43,883 nucleotides of DNA from an uncultured Pseudomonadales bacterium. GTDB taxonomy: Bacteria; Patescibacteriota; Microgenomatia; UBA1400; PJMF01. The DNA lies in contig CAYMVN010000001.1 of the NCBI GenBank assembly GCA_964394125.1, forward strand, positions 1 through 43,883, in the 5' to 3' direction. This document shows, one piece after another, positions 31,811 through 40,557 of this stretch (positions are counted from its first letter, which is position 1; each line of letters starts with the position of its first letter). The notes under the pieces were generated by a model that was given only the letters and a program-made list of their open reading frames with translations, was not told the DNA's origin and ran no database searches. The translations under genes were made by a program, and so were the position numbers.

Positions 31811-33211
31811 CTACCTACTTCCGTGCCATTTTTTCAACGGGCCATCAATATTTCCATCTAGGAACTGACTAAGATATACTTCTTTTGTTTGATATCCCAA
31901 CACATACTGCATGTCTCTATACGCTACTAGGACTCGGGGGAGTGTCATGCTGAGCGCTGTAGAACAAAGCAAGACAAAGAGTAGGTGTTTCTGCCATTGT
32001 ACTCTAGATGTTTGCACAAAGTGTAGTATAGAAAAGACAAATCCGAGTATAAACCCAGAGAGAGCATAGCGTGTAGACAGTGGTGGAAGAAACCACCAGA
32101 TACTCAGCTGCAGTACGACAAATAAAAACACAACTGATTGGGTTTTTGAGAGTTTTTTTTGTATAAACTGAACGCAGAACCAATAAAAGATAAGAAAAAA
32201 GAGTGGTGAAGTGTAGTCTCGCACTAAAAAAGAAGCAAAGACTGGTGCAACTGGGAGCGTCACAGTTCTGTTGACAAGATACTCAGACCAAGTTGCAAAT
32301 CCAGTTAATTCTGAAACTCTATCCGTGTGCTGTTGCAGTGCAGTAATCGGACTGCCTGTCTGCAGCCAAGAAAAAATATAAAATGGTGCGCTGACACATA
32401 AAAGTATCAGAGTTACGAATGCGGATCGCTTCCAATTTCTAACAGTCATCCAGTAGAGAATAATAAAAAAAGGTAGTAGAACCAAAGAAAATTCTTTTGT
32501 TGCGATGCTCATTCCACACAGAGTTGCATAGAGGATACTCAGTGCTAGAGTAGTTCTCATTGACTGTTGAGGCTTTTCCAAGAGCATCAGTACATACACT
32601 GCACCCACTTCCCACAGTGCCTTTGCGACATCAATATAGGCACTCCCCCCTTGCCAGGTGATGACTTGAAAGAGTGCTATACACGAGGTAATAAGTAGTG
32701 ACCACGTGCGATCAATCTTCTGCAGAAGCGCCCCACCAACAACCGCAATAAGTGTCAGTACAAAAGAAAATGCCACAAACTTAGTTCCGAACTCGCCAAG
32801 CACTTGATACCCCAAAGCCAGTAACACGTCAGATAACTGCGGGTTCACAGATTGATACAGTTCTGGCAAATACACAAAGTGGTGTGTTGTAACAACTGCT
32901 GAGATAACAGGCAAGTGATACCAGACAGCATCGAAGCCATGTTCTGGAACAAGTGTGCCAACAAAGTTACACAGGAGTATAAAGCTGAGAAAGAGTGATA
33001 AAAAATATGTTGTTCTATCTTTAGATCCAGAATAAAGGTACCAACTAACCAGCGCCACTGAGAGTGAGACTGGAACTATAAGCAGAAGCGATACAAACGG
33101 AAGTAAAAAGCCAGTGAATCCTGCAAAGACAGCACAGAGTGCCGCCACTGCCCAAGCAGACAGCAACCAGATTACTGCCTTTTCAAAAGTAAGAGAATAC
33201 ATTCTTTCCAT
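31811..33211 (-). CDS. Polytopic membrane protein, GT-C-fold glycosyltransferase-like (ArnT/PMT-type), tentative
   Basis: A 466-aa ORF with ~12 predicted hydrophobic helices and aromatic-rich loops. It sits in an operon with a nucleotidyltransferase. No diagnostic motif was confirmed by eye. Confidence 0.4.
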   Translation of the reverse strand: MERMYSLTFEKAVIWLLSAWAVAALCAVFAGFTGFLLPFVSLLLIVPVSLSVALVSWYLYSGSKDRTTYFLSLFLSFILLCNFVGTLVPEHGFDAVWYHLPVISAVVTTHHFVYLPELYQSVNPQLSDVLLALGYQVLGEFGTKFVAFSFVLTLIAVVGGALLQKIDRTWSLLITSCIALFQVITWQGGSAYIDVAKALWEVGAVYVLMLLEKPQQSMRTTLALSILYATLCGMSIATKEFSLVLLPFFIILYWMTVRNWKRSAFVTLILLCVSAPFYIFSWLQTGSPITALQQHTDRVSELTGFATWSEYLVNRTVTLPVAPVFASFLVRDYTSPLFFLIFYWFCVQFIQKKLSKTQSVVFLFVVLQLSIWWFLPPLSTRYALSGFILGFVFSILHFVQTSRVQWQKHLLFVLLCSTALSMTLPRVLVAYRDMQYVLGYQTKEVYLSQFLDGNIDGPLKKWHGSR

Positions 33212-34095
33212 CTCCTTGAGATAATACCACGCGTGTTCCTAGGATGAAAAAATGCTGACGAGTACGATACTTTTTCACGAGTTCTGTGAGACCGCATGTA
33301 CCAAAGCTGCAACACATACAGAATAGGATTGAGTACTAAGACAAGTGGAAAAGTAAGCATGAGTAGTACAGATACGTATTTTTGTAAGCTGGTGCGTGAG
33401 CGAGCACCACGCTGTAGTGTAGCAACACGGCGATAATTAAAAAGATAAGTATCTACCCAAGAATTACTTTCAAGAAACGAACGTTGGACTGTATCAGCAT
33501 CAAAAAGCCAAAAAACTTGGCAGACTTCATATGCAGTATAGAGTGACCAAGCATCTTTTGGGATGTGCAATCGATCTTCTTCGAGCCATAAATTAAAGCA
33601 CCAGCTCTTCTGTGTCTCACCAATTCGAGATCTTTTTTTGCCCTGTAAAAATGAAAACAAAACAACGAGAGGTCTCGTAAACCAAAGTGTACCAGAGGAA
33701 ACTATTAAGAGAAAATCAACATCATCGGAATGAGTTGCGTTATTAACTGCAACCGAACCAGTTATTCCAACACCTTTTACCCACGGCAAGCATCCTAAAA
33801 AGAACACCAGTGGCGCTGCAGATTCTCGCAAGATTTCTGCGTTTACTCTTCTCTGTTCATGTTCTTCTAAAAGCGATTGAGTTGCGCTATAACCAGCGAG
33901 GTGATTCTCTACTAAAGACACATGCTCTGACTTGCACAAGCTACTGATAGCTTCGCCTACTCCATGAAGTGAGGGAGCATTCTGTGTTAAACGTATGAGA
34001 CGCGCGAATACTTCAGAAACACTCAGTGGATACTCAAATACAGCTGAGTACGCAAGTGTGTATAAGACTGCACGCTGGTTTTTTGAAAGGTTCAT
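33172..34095 (-). CDS. Pol-beta-superfamily nucleotidyltransferase-domain protein with a hydrophobic C-terminus
   Basis: GITGSVAVNNATHSDDVDFLLIV matches the G-S...D-x-D NTase motif. C-terminal helices read LLMLTFPLVLVLNPILYVLQLWY. It overlaps the downstream gene by 40 nt. Confidence 0.5.
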   Translation of the reverse strand: MNLSKNQRAVLYTLAYSAVFEYPLSVSEVFARLIRLTQNAPSLHGVGEAISSLCKSEHVSLVENHLAGYSATQSLLEEHEQRRVNAEILRESAAPLVFFLGCLPWVKGVGITGSVAVNNATHSDDVDFLLIVSSGTLWFTRPLVVLFSFLQGKKRSRIGETQKSWCFNLWLEEDRLHIPKDAWSLYTAYEVCQVFWLFDADTVQRSFLESNSWVDTYLFNYRRVATLQRGARSRTSLQKYVSVLLMLTFPLVLVLNPILYVLQLWYMRSHRTREKVSYSSAFFHPRNTRGIISRRWKECILLLLKRQ

Positions 34096-34102
34096 GACTA
34101 CT

Positions 34103-36109
34103 CTATTTTACAGTAGTCTGTCCAGTACCTTGTGGCACGCCGTATTGGCGTAAGACTTGGCTGACACCAGAGTCGAGTGTTGAGAGTGTTTCTTCCATGG
34201 TTTTACCTGAAAGCAGCCCCGTCACCGCATCGGCATAGTACTGAATTATCTGATCATTGATACCATTATCATGGGTAAATGAGCTCATGTACCAACCCTT
34301 TGCATATGGAGCATCTTGTAAAACACTTGCTGCAATAGGATCTTGTGCCAATTGGTCAGCGAGATCTTTCCTTGAATACAGCTCACCAAAGCTTCTCGTT
34401 TTCGCTTGTTCTGCAAAGAGCTTCTGCTCGACTTCCTTTGTGGTCATATACTTAATGAACTTCCAAGCATCATCTTTATGAGTACTCTTCGCACTGACAC
34501 CTTCTGCCCAGTAAGTGCCCCAAGCAATCCGTGTTTCTCCGAGCTGTGGAAGCGGAACAGTTGCAAACTTAAGGTCAGGGTTGATGGCTTTAATCTCGTG
34601 TGCTCTCCACGAAGGTGCAAACATCATTGCTGCTTCACCTCGTGCAAAAGCAACAGTTGAGCTTGGTAGTGTACTGTTCCAAAGCGCATCTGACTTTACA
34701 AAGTTAGTGTAAAAAAGCAACGCATCACGAACTTCTGCAGAATTTGGCTTGGTTAAATCGCCTCCGTTTTGCAGAATTAAGACAGCTAAGATATCAGCAA
34801 AGTGTTCAACATTAACTGAGTTCCCCAAAGCAATACCACTGCGAGTGAGTTTTCCATCAGACTTAACAGTTAACTTGTTTGCAAGTGTACGGAGGTCTGG
34901 CCATGTCTTTGGAGGATCAACCACCGCAGTTTTAAAGATGTCTGTGTTGTAGTACAACACAAGCCCATCATACATAGCTGGCATACCAACTAACTGACCA
35001 TTATTCTGTAACTGTTGCACAGCAATTGGATAGAATGTTGTCTGATAGTCACTTGCCGACATAACAGCAGAAGGAAGTGGCGAAAGCTCTTGTTGTAACA
35101 TTGGCACCCATGACGCATGGAATCGGAAGATATCGGGGCCATTCCCTGAACTAATTGCTGCTTGCAGGCGAGTTCGGTAGTCTTTATGTGACTGCTTCAC
35201 GTACTTGATTGCAATTCCGGGATTTTGTGTCTCAAATGTCTTGAGCACTTCGAGCATCGCTTCTGATGGTTCCCACAGTCCCCAATACTCTAGGGTTACT
35301 TGTTTACCACTTGGTTGTGTTGCACCACCGGCAGCAGGGACACTCCCCGAGCCACTCGTGCCACTTGTCGAACCAGCAGAACCAGAAGTGCCAGAGGTGC
35401 TTCCTGTTGTTTGTCTTGCAGTGTTTGAGGTTGTGACAGAAGTTCGTGTTGTACCAAAGAACCGTAAGTACACACATGAAAGGATGAGCAGCAAGATAAT
35501 GCCGCCACCAATAAAAGGAACGAATCTGAGAATAGATTGTTTTGGTTGCACGAACTCAGGTTGTGGCTTTTGCGGGCCAAGGTTTGGCTGATTGGGAGCC
35601 ACCGGTTGTGCGACAGGATTCTTAGCACTCTCACTTGGTTTTTCTTGCGATTGTGGGGCTTGTTTCAAAGCACCTGTTGGCAACTTATTACTTGCCATCG
35701 AAGAGAGTGCGGTGAGTGTTTGTGGTGGTTGTTGCACTCTCATTGGAGGTGGAACAGGAGTTGAAGCTGTCATGGGAGCCGGTGCTGGTGACGGTTTTGG
35801 CATTGGAGCTACCTGAGGTGCTGCAACTGGAGGTGCCGATACAACTGGCTTTTGAGGTGCTGAAGGGGCTTGGGTTGGAATCGAGGGTTGGACAGTAGCT
35901 GGACGTGGTGGTTGTGCAGGCACAGCGGCTGGTGAAGATTGCAGTGGCTGTTGAGGCGCCGCCATTGGAGGGCGCGGGGCTGGGGCTACTTGTGGAGCTG
36001 CAGGTTGCTGGATACGCGGTTGTGCTTGAGTAGTTGGTGCTTGAGGTGGCACAGAAATCGTTGGACTGGGTGAAGGAGTTGCTGGTTTGGGCAATGGCAC
36101 ATTTGGCAT
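34103..36109 (-). CDS. Membrane-anchored extracellular solute-binding protein (ABC family-1 type) with a long Pro-rich N-terminal region
   Basis: The SBP core reads VTLEYWGLWEPSEAMLEVLKTFETQNPGIAIKYV..YRTRLQAAISSGNGPDIFRFHASW... It is preceded by an S/T/G linker, a TM helix (FIGGGIILLLILSCVYLRFF) and ~200 aa of P/A/Q/V low complexity. The ORF is open to 36298, but that extension overlaps the divergent VanW gene. ATG 36109 (MPNVPLPKP) is preferred. Confidence 0.8.
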   Translation of the reverse strand: MPNVPLPKPATPSPSPTISVPPQAPTTQAQPRIQQPAAPQVAPAPRPPMAAPQQPLQSSPAAVPAQPPRPATVQPSIPTQAPSAPQKPVVSAPPVAAPQVAPMPKPSPAPAPMTASTPVPPPMRVQQPPQTLTALSSMASNKLPTGALKQAPQSQEKPSESAKNPVAQPVAPNQPNLGPQKPQPEFVQPKQSILRFVPFIGGGIILLLILSCVYLRFFGTTRTSVTTSNTARQTTGSTSGTSGSAGSTSGTSGSGSVPAAGGATQPSGKQVTLEYWGLWEPSEAMLEVLKTFETQNPGIAIKYVKQSHKDYRTRLQAAISSGNGPDIFRFHASWVPMLQQELSPLPSAVMSASDYQTTFYPIAVQQLQNNGQLVGMPAMYDGLVLYYNTDIFKTAVVDPPKTWPDLRTLANKLTVKSDGKLTRSGIALGNSVNVEHFADILAVLILQNGGDLTKPNSAEVRDALLFYTNFVKSDALWNSTLPSSTVAFARGEAAMMFAPSWRAHEIKAINPDLKFATVPLPQLGETRIAWGTYWAEGVSAKSTHKDDAWKFIKYMTTKEVEQKLFAEQAKTRSFGELYSRKDLADQLAQDPIAASVLQDAPYAKGWYMSSFTHDNGINDQIIQYYADAVTGLLSGKTMEETLSTLDSGVSQVLRQYGVPQGTGQTTVK

Positions 36110-36202
36110 AAAAAAAGTTACTGCTGGCGTGTTCCCTATTATTCTGACAAAATATACACTTAAATCATACCATACTAAAAAAGTAAAAACTTCAATCAAA
36201 AT

Positions 36203-37975
36203 ATGAAATACGTGCTGTATTTCTTCCAGAAGCTCTTCCCTGTAACTATAGTACTGTTGACACTCAGCGGAGTTGCCTACGAGTTTTCTACAACGCACCT
36301 ACCACTTGAAACCAAGATTGGTGACATCACTGTAAACTTTCAAGACCCAGAAGAAGCAAAACGGCTGCTCGAAGATCGCTACGCTGAAGTACCACCACAC
36401 ACACTTACAGTTATTGCAGGCAAAAATCAGGTTGCTTCTTCCTCTGCTCAGCTTGGTGCACAGTATGAATACAGAACACTACTGCGTGAGTTTGAAAAAA
36501 TTCAAGCTCGGCCACTCGGTCTTAAGAAAATAGTTCAGAGCACTGTTTTTTTCTTCCAGAAAAAAGAGGTCGCTGTGCCGGTGATATACGACGAAGAAAA
36601 AGTACGTGGCGCACTACTCCACTTAAAAGCCCAAACTGATGTCGTTGCAGTACAGCCAGGTGCAGTTCTGGCAACTTCTGGAGCACCACAGTCACTCAAG
36701 ATGCAGCCAGGTAAAAAGGGACTTGAGTTGCAAGTAGATCGTACACTGCAACAAGTAATGGCGCTACAAAGTGGTTCAAGTGCAGTGATTACTGCTACTG
36801 TTGAAGAGACAGGGAGCGAGCTCACACCTGAACAGGTTGAAGCAGCAAAACAACTCTACACACAGTTCGTCGGTAAAACACTGGTCTTTACTGCTGAGCG
36901 ATTTTCAACCTATATACGAGACAAAGATCTTATTGCGCTCATACAACCCGACGGGAAACTTTCTGAAGAAGCAGTTGTTGCTGAGTTAGCAACCTGGAGA
37001 GAGCGAGTTGAGACACCTCCACAGGAGCCAGTCTTCAAGTACGATGAGCACACACTGGCAGTAAAAGAATTTACGCCGCCAAGAGACGGTAGAAGTATTG
37101 TTTTACCAGAGTTTATGTCTCAGGTATCGCAGTATGTTGCTTCGGTTCTACAAGACGCAGCTGCAAAACCTGCCGAGAAAAAAGTTTCTGCACAAACGTC
37201 ACTGCCGCTTCCACTAGAACTATCAAAACCAAAACAACAGCTTTCCGACACAAACACGCTTGGTATTAGAGAAAGAATTGGTTTTGGAGAAAGTTACTAC
37301 GCACACTCAATTCCTAATAGGATACATAATGTTGCAATTACTGCCGAACGGATCTCGCTCAAACTTATTAAGCCTGGCGAAGAGTTCTCGTTTAATAAAA
37401 CCCTTGGAGATGTTTCTGCAAAGACTGGCTACAGGTCAGCGTATGTTATTAAAAATGGACAGACTGCACTTGGAGATGGCGGCGGGGTGTGTCAGGTTAG
37501 CACCACTCTCTTTCGTTCGGTCTTAAATGCGGGCTTACAAGTGACGAGACGACTCCCCCACAGCTACCGAGTGAGTTACTACGAACTTGATAGTAAGCCA
37601 GGTGTTGACGCAACAGTCTACTCGGGAGAAACAGACTTTAGATTCATGAATGATACACATGACTACATCTTGGTATACACGCATACAGAGAGCAGTAACC
37701 TCTACATGTATGTTGAACTGTATGGAACTTCAGATGGCAGGACAGCAGAAATTACTGACCATAAAACATGGAATAGTCGCCCTCCACTTCCTACACAGTA
37801 CATTCCAGACTCCACTCTTCCAAAGGGAAAGTTGGTGCAAGTGGATTGGTCTGCATCAGGGATTGATGCCAGCTTCAAAAATGTGATCAAAGATAAAAAT
37901 GGCGTAGTCATTCGTGAAGACACCTACGTTTCAAAGTACAGACCTTGGGCTGCAAAGTACTTGCAAGGTGTGTAA
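36203..37975 (+). CDS. VanW family protein with a G5-like C-terminal domain
   Basis: It has an N-terminal TM helix. The VanW core reads FSFNKTLGDVSAKTGYRSAYVI......GDGGGVCQVSTTLFRSVLNAGLQVTRRLPHSYRVSYY. The C-terminal region (LPKGKLVQVDWSASGIDASF..VIKDKNGVVIREDTYVSKYRP) is G5-like. Confidence 0.85.
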   Translation: MKYVLYFFQKLFPVTIVLLTLSGVAYEFSTTHLPLETKIGDITVNFQDPEEAKRLLEDRYAEVPPHTLTVIAGKNQVASSSAQLGAQYEYRTLLREFEKIQARPLGLKKIVQSTVFFFQKKEVAVPVIYDEEKVRGALLHLKAQTDVVAVQPGAVLATSGAPQSLKMQPGKKGLELQVDRTLQQVMALQSGSSAVITATVEETGSELTPEQVEAAKQLYTQFVGKTLVFTAERFSTYIRDKDLIALIQPDGKLSEEAVVAELATWRERVETPPQEPVFKYDEHTLAVKEFTPPRDGRSIVLPEFMSQVSQYVASVLQDAAAKPAEKKVSAQTSLPLPLELSKPKQQLSDTNTLGIRERIGFGESYYAHSIPNRIHNVAITAERISLKLIKPGEEFSFNKTLGDVSAKTGYRSAYVIKNGQTALGDGGGVCQVSTTLFRSVLNAGLQVTRRLPHSYRVSYYELDSKPGVDATVYSGETDFRFMNDTHDYILVYTHTESSNLYMYVELYGTSDGRTAEITDHKTWNSRPPLPTQYIPDSTLPKGKLVQVDWSASGIDASFKNVIKDKNGVVIREDTYVSKYRPWAAKYLQGV

Positions 37976-37985
37976 CAATGCGAGT

Positions 37986-39056
37986 GTGAGAAAACTACTG
38001 GTAGTTATCATTTTAGTGGCTGCATTCGTTGTACAGCCGGCACAGGTATCTGCAAAAGAACTACTTATTTCTTGTTCTGTGGCAGCTGGCTGCACGCTGA
38101 CACCAGAAAACACCGCACTTTTTACAGAAAGCGCTATCGTTCCTGGATTTGAAACTACAGAGCAGTTAGTTTTTACAAACCAAAGTGAAACAGAGGGCTG
38201 CAAGGTGCGCGCGCAGCTTATTCCCAGTGAGACAACGCTCACCCCACTTGCAGAAGCTCTGCAACTGTCAATACATGCTTCTCAGTACCCTACAACGGTA
38301 CTGAAAAAGACATCGCTGAGTACACTGTTCACTAACCCAAGTGCCCACCTACTTTTTATCAGCAATCCTAGTAGCACCGTTACTTCGGACTGGACACTTA
38401 CCTTCCCCAAGAGTGCCGAGAACTCACTGCAAGGAGCAACAACTTCCTTTATCGTGCAGTTTAGTATTCAGTGTGCAGACACACTGCGCGCCCCAATTGA
38501 ACCATCACCAAGCCCTACGCAACTACCAGTAACCCCGCCACCATCACCAACGAGTGCACCTTGTGCTACTCACATTCAGCCACCAAAAAAAATATACTAT
38601 TCTGTGCACGAGAAAAAGATTGTTTTTTCTTGGGATGCAGTGCCTGATGCGGAGTCGTACTTACTCTCGCTGCAAACACAGACCAGTAAAAAAAAGTTCG
38701 AGAATATTCAAGTTAAAAACACAACACAGTGGAGTATTTTAAATCCACAAGATACAGAGGAGCTGCAAGGTACCGTCCGTGCAGTACACGGCTGTGCTGT
38801 TAGTGATGCGGTGACTGCAGTAGTTCCACCACAAAAAAAAACGACACCCAGCCCATTGCCAAAGCAAGAAAAATCACAAGGAAGTGTGCTGGGTACACAG
38901 ACTACAGATAAACTTTCCCTCAAGCAAGCTGAGTCAAAAAAGTATGACAGAGCGACACGAAAAGTTTTTATTTTTAGTTATTTTGGAGTTGTTGGTCTAC
39001 TTTTAGTGTGCCTCTTTGTGTGGTTATTCATTACAAAACGTAAGAAAAATTCCTAA
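37986..39056 (+). CDS. Membrane-anchored protein with a TasA-fold-like N-terminal domain, P/T linker, Fn3-like domain and C-terminal TM anchor
   Basis: The ORF is open from 37914, but that stretch overlaps the VanW 3' end. An in-frame GTG at 37986 gives MRKLLVVIILVAAFVVQPAQVSA|KE, a clean signal peptide. TasA-type hallmarks are LFTESAIVPGFETTEQLVFTNQSE and NSLQGATTSFIVQFSIQC; compare NEIQSDALTFGVQFDLTQ in 39340..39984. The Fn3-like segment reads IVFSWDAVPDAESYLLSL. The C-terminus is VFIFSYFGVVGLLLVCLFVWLFITKRKKNS. Confidence 0.55.
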   Translation: MRKLLVVIILVAAFVVQPAQVSAKELLISCSVAAGCTLTPENTALFTESAIVPGFETTEQLVFTNQSETEGCKVRAQLIPSETTLTPLAEALQLSIHASQYPTTVLKKTSLSTLFTNPSAHLLFISNPSSTVTSDWTLTFPKSAENSLQGATTSFIVQFSIQCADTLRAPIEPSPSPTQLPVTPPPSPTSAPCATHIQPPKKIYYSVHEKKIVFSWDAVPDAESYLLSLQTQTSKKKFENIQVKNTTQWSILNPQDTEELQGTVRAVHGCAVSDAVTAVVPPQKKTTPSPLPKQEKSQGSVLGTQTTDKLSLKQAESKKYDRATRKVFIFSYFGVVGLLLVCLFVWLFITKRKKNS

Positions 39057-39092
39057 ACTGCTCTGTTTTGCTTTACTGTGATGTCTTTAGAG

Positions 39093-39120
39093 TTGATTGA
39101 CCAGCCCTTGGTATTATAAG
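39093..39120 (+). promoter_or_regulatory. Candidate promoter for the TasA/SipW cluster (TTGATT-16-TATAAG)
   Basis: TTGATT at 39093..39098 and TATAAG at 39115..39120, with TGgTATTAT as an overlapping extended -10 alternative. This predicts a leader of more than 200 nt of AT-rich sequence before the SD (AAGGA) of 39340. Confidence 0.25.
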
Positions 39121-39339
39121 TATACTTCTAAGGTAAGTTTTGATGCGACATATAGTTATTTATTATTTAAGTATAAATAAACATCAAAAAACTACAAAAA
39201 ACATCTAAATATGCGGATAAAACCCATACTTAGTACACAGTTGGTGCGTTTATTAGTCACATGAAGTGTGCATAAAAGATGGAATAGTAGATTACTATAG
39301 GTACTAGTACAAGTTATAAACATACTAAAAGGAAAAACT

Positions 39340-39984
39340 ATGAAGAAAAAAGTCCTGCTCTTTCTTCTTGTCGCAGCAGCACTCCTCGGAGGAGGCTACG
39401 CAGTAACACAAGCGTTGTTCAGTGATACTGAGACATCGGGAACAAATACCATTACCGCTGGCACATTAGACATGACAGTTGATGGCAATAACGGCACTGC
39501 ATTTGAGAACATTTCGGTGAGTAATGTTGGTGCAGATGGCACCGTTTCTGGACAAAAGGAATGGGTGATTAATAACACCGGCACTGTTCCAGGTACACTC
39601 ACTTTCAAGCTAACAAATATCACTAACACAGAAAATGACTGTAATGAGCCTGAAGCACTTGTTGATACAACGTGTAGTAATCCTGGCGCAGGTGAAGGTG
39701 AGCTAGGAGATGCAATCACGACAGGCGTACAGCTCGATGCAGATGGTGCTGGTACGAACAGTGCATATCAGACGGTCGTCAGCTCAAACTTGGCAACCGA
39801 TAGTCAGTCACAGTATGCGTCTCAGTGGAACACGAACGCTGGAGCACTCGTTATACCTGCAGGTGGCTCAGTAAAAGTTAAGATGGACTGGGCAAACGAT
39901 CCAGCATCGTATGGAAATGAGATCCAAAGTGATGCGCTCACTTTTGGGGTTCAATTTGATTTAACTCAGGTTACCCCCTCATAG
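39340..39984 (+). CDS. TasA/camelysin-like fibre subunit with a SipW-dependent-type signal peptide
   Basis: AAGGA lies 8 nt upstream of the ATG. MKKKVLLFLLVAAALLGGGYAVTQALFSDTETSGTNTITAGTLDM is the characteristic A-x-F-S-D-x-E-x-S-x-x-N-x-x-x-A-G-T-L-D motif. It also has INNTGTVPGTLTFKLTN and the C-terminal NEIQSDALTFGVQFDLTQ. Confidence 0.8.
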   Translation: MKKKVLLFLLVAAALLGGGYAVTQALFSDTETSGTNTITAGTLDMTVDGNNGTAFENISVSNVGADGTVSGQKEWVINNTGTVPGTLTFKLTNITNTENDCNEPEALVDTTCSNPGAGEGELGDAITTGVQLDADGAGTNSAYQTVVSSNLATDSQSQYASQWNTNAGALVIPAGGSVKVKMDWANDPASYGNEIQSDALTFGVQFDLTQVTPS

Positions 39985-40059
39985 TAGAGGCATAACTTGA
40001 AGTAGTGCATAAGAGGAGGGGCTTCCCTCCTCTTTGCGTGAAGGAGAAAGCAAAAACGT

Positions 40060-40554
40060 ATGAAGACACTTCTGAACAGAGTACAGATTATTTTTTGGCT
40101 GGTGTACATACCGCTGATCATCGTGATGATCATTACAGGCACTTCAGCACGCGCGCAGTCTCCCCTTCCCTTCAGGAGTTTTATCGTTACAACTGGCTCA
40201 ATGATTCCAGCTATTATGCCTGGCGATATCGTTTTTGTGACGCCAAAAAGCTCGTACTCTGTTCATGATATTATCACCTTTAAGAGTAATGACGGACATA
40301 CAATTACCCACAGAATTATCGAGAAACGAGCCAGTACAGAGACTTCTTTTACCACCAAAGGTGATAATAATAAGACACCGGATACTGAAGGGTTACCACA
40401 AAAAAGTATCATTGGGAAAGTTCGATACACAGTTCCAAAGATCGGTAGACTACTGTTATATCTAAGTAAGCCAACCAGTCTATTCTTTTTGCTTACATTA
40501 CCTCTGTTAGTACTTATTGCAGGCGAGGTATTCAAAGAAAAAAAGCAACCATAA
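40060..40554 (+). CDS. Signal peptidase I, SipW/archaeal-eukaryotic (S26B) type
   Basis: It has a TM anchor, then VTTGSMIPAIMPGDIVFV (catalytic Ser box), ITHRII (His box), TKGDNNKTPD, and a C-terminal TM helix. This matches the ER-type Ser-His signal peptidase pattern of SipW. Confidence 0.85.
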   Translation: MKTLLNRVQIIFWLVYIPLIIVMIITGTSARAQSPLPFRSFIVTTGSMIPAIMPGDIVFVTPKSSYSVHDIITFKSNDGHTITHRIIEKRASTETSFTTKGDNNKTPDTEGLPQKSIIGKVRYTVPKIGRLLLYLSKPTSLFFLLTLPLLVLIAGEVFKEKKQP

Positions 40555-40557
40555 GCT

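Noticed and set aside
34257-35898. Several plus-strand ORFs (60-128 aa) antisense to the solute-binding protein gene, including Gly/Val-rich ones opposite the Pro-rich region.
   Set aside because: They are the complement of Pro/Ala codon runs and of a well-supported SBP frame. No independent signals support them.
36110-36298. A 63-codon N-terminal extension of the solute-binding protein ORF (track start 36298).
   Set aside because: It would overlap the divergently transcribed VanW gene start (36203) and leave no promoter space. The extension has a non-protein-like composition. ATG 36109 begins the Pro-rich region cleanly.
37914-37985. Upstream extension of the 37914..39056 ORF, overlapping the VanW 3' end.
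   Set aside because: The in-frame GTG at 37986 yields a textbook signal peptide. The extension (MKTPTFQSTDLGLQSTCKVCNNAS) overlaps VanW coding sequence by 62 nt.
40005-40268. An 87-aa plus-strand ORF overlapping the start of the first SipW-like gene.
   Set aside because: It is out of frame with, and largely inside, a gene that has clear catalytic motifs. The product is Arg/Tyr/His-rich and non-protein-like.
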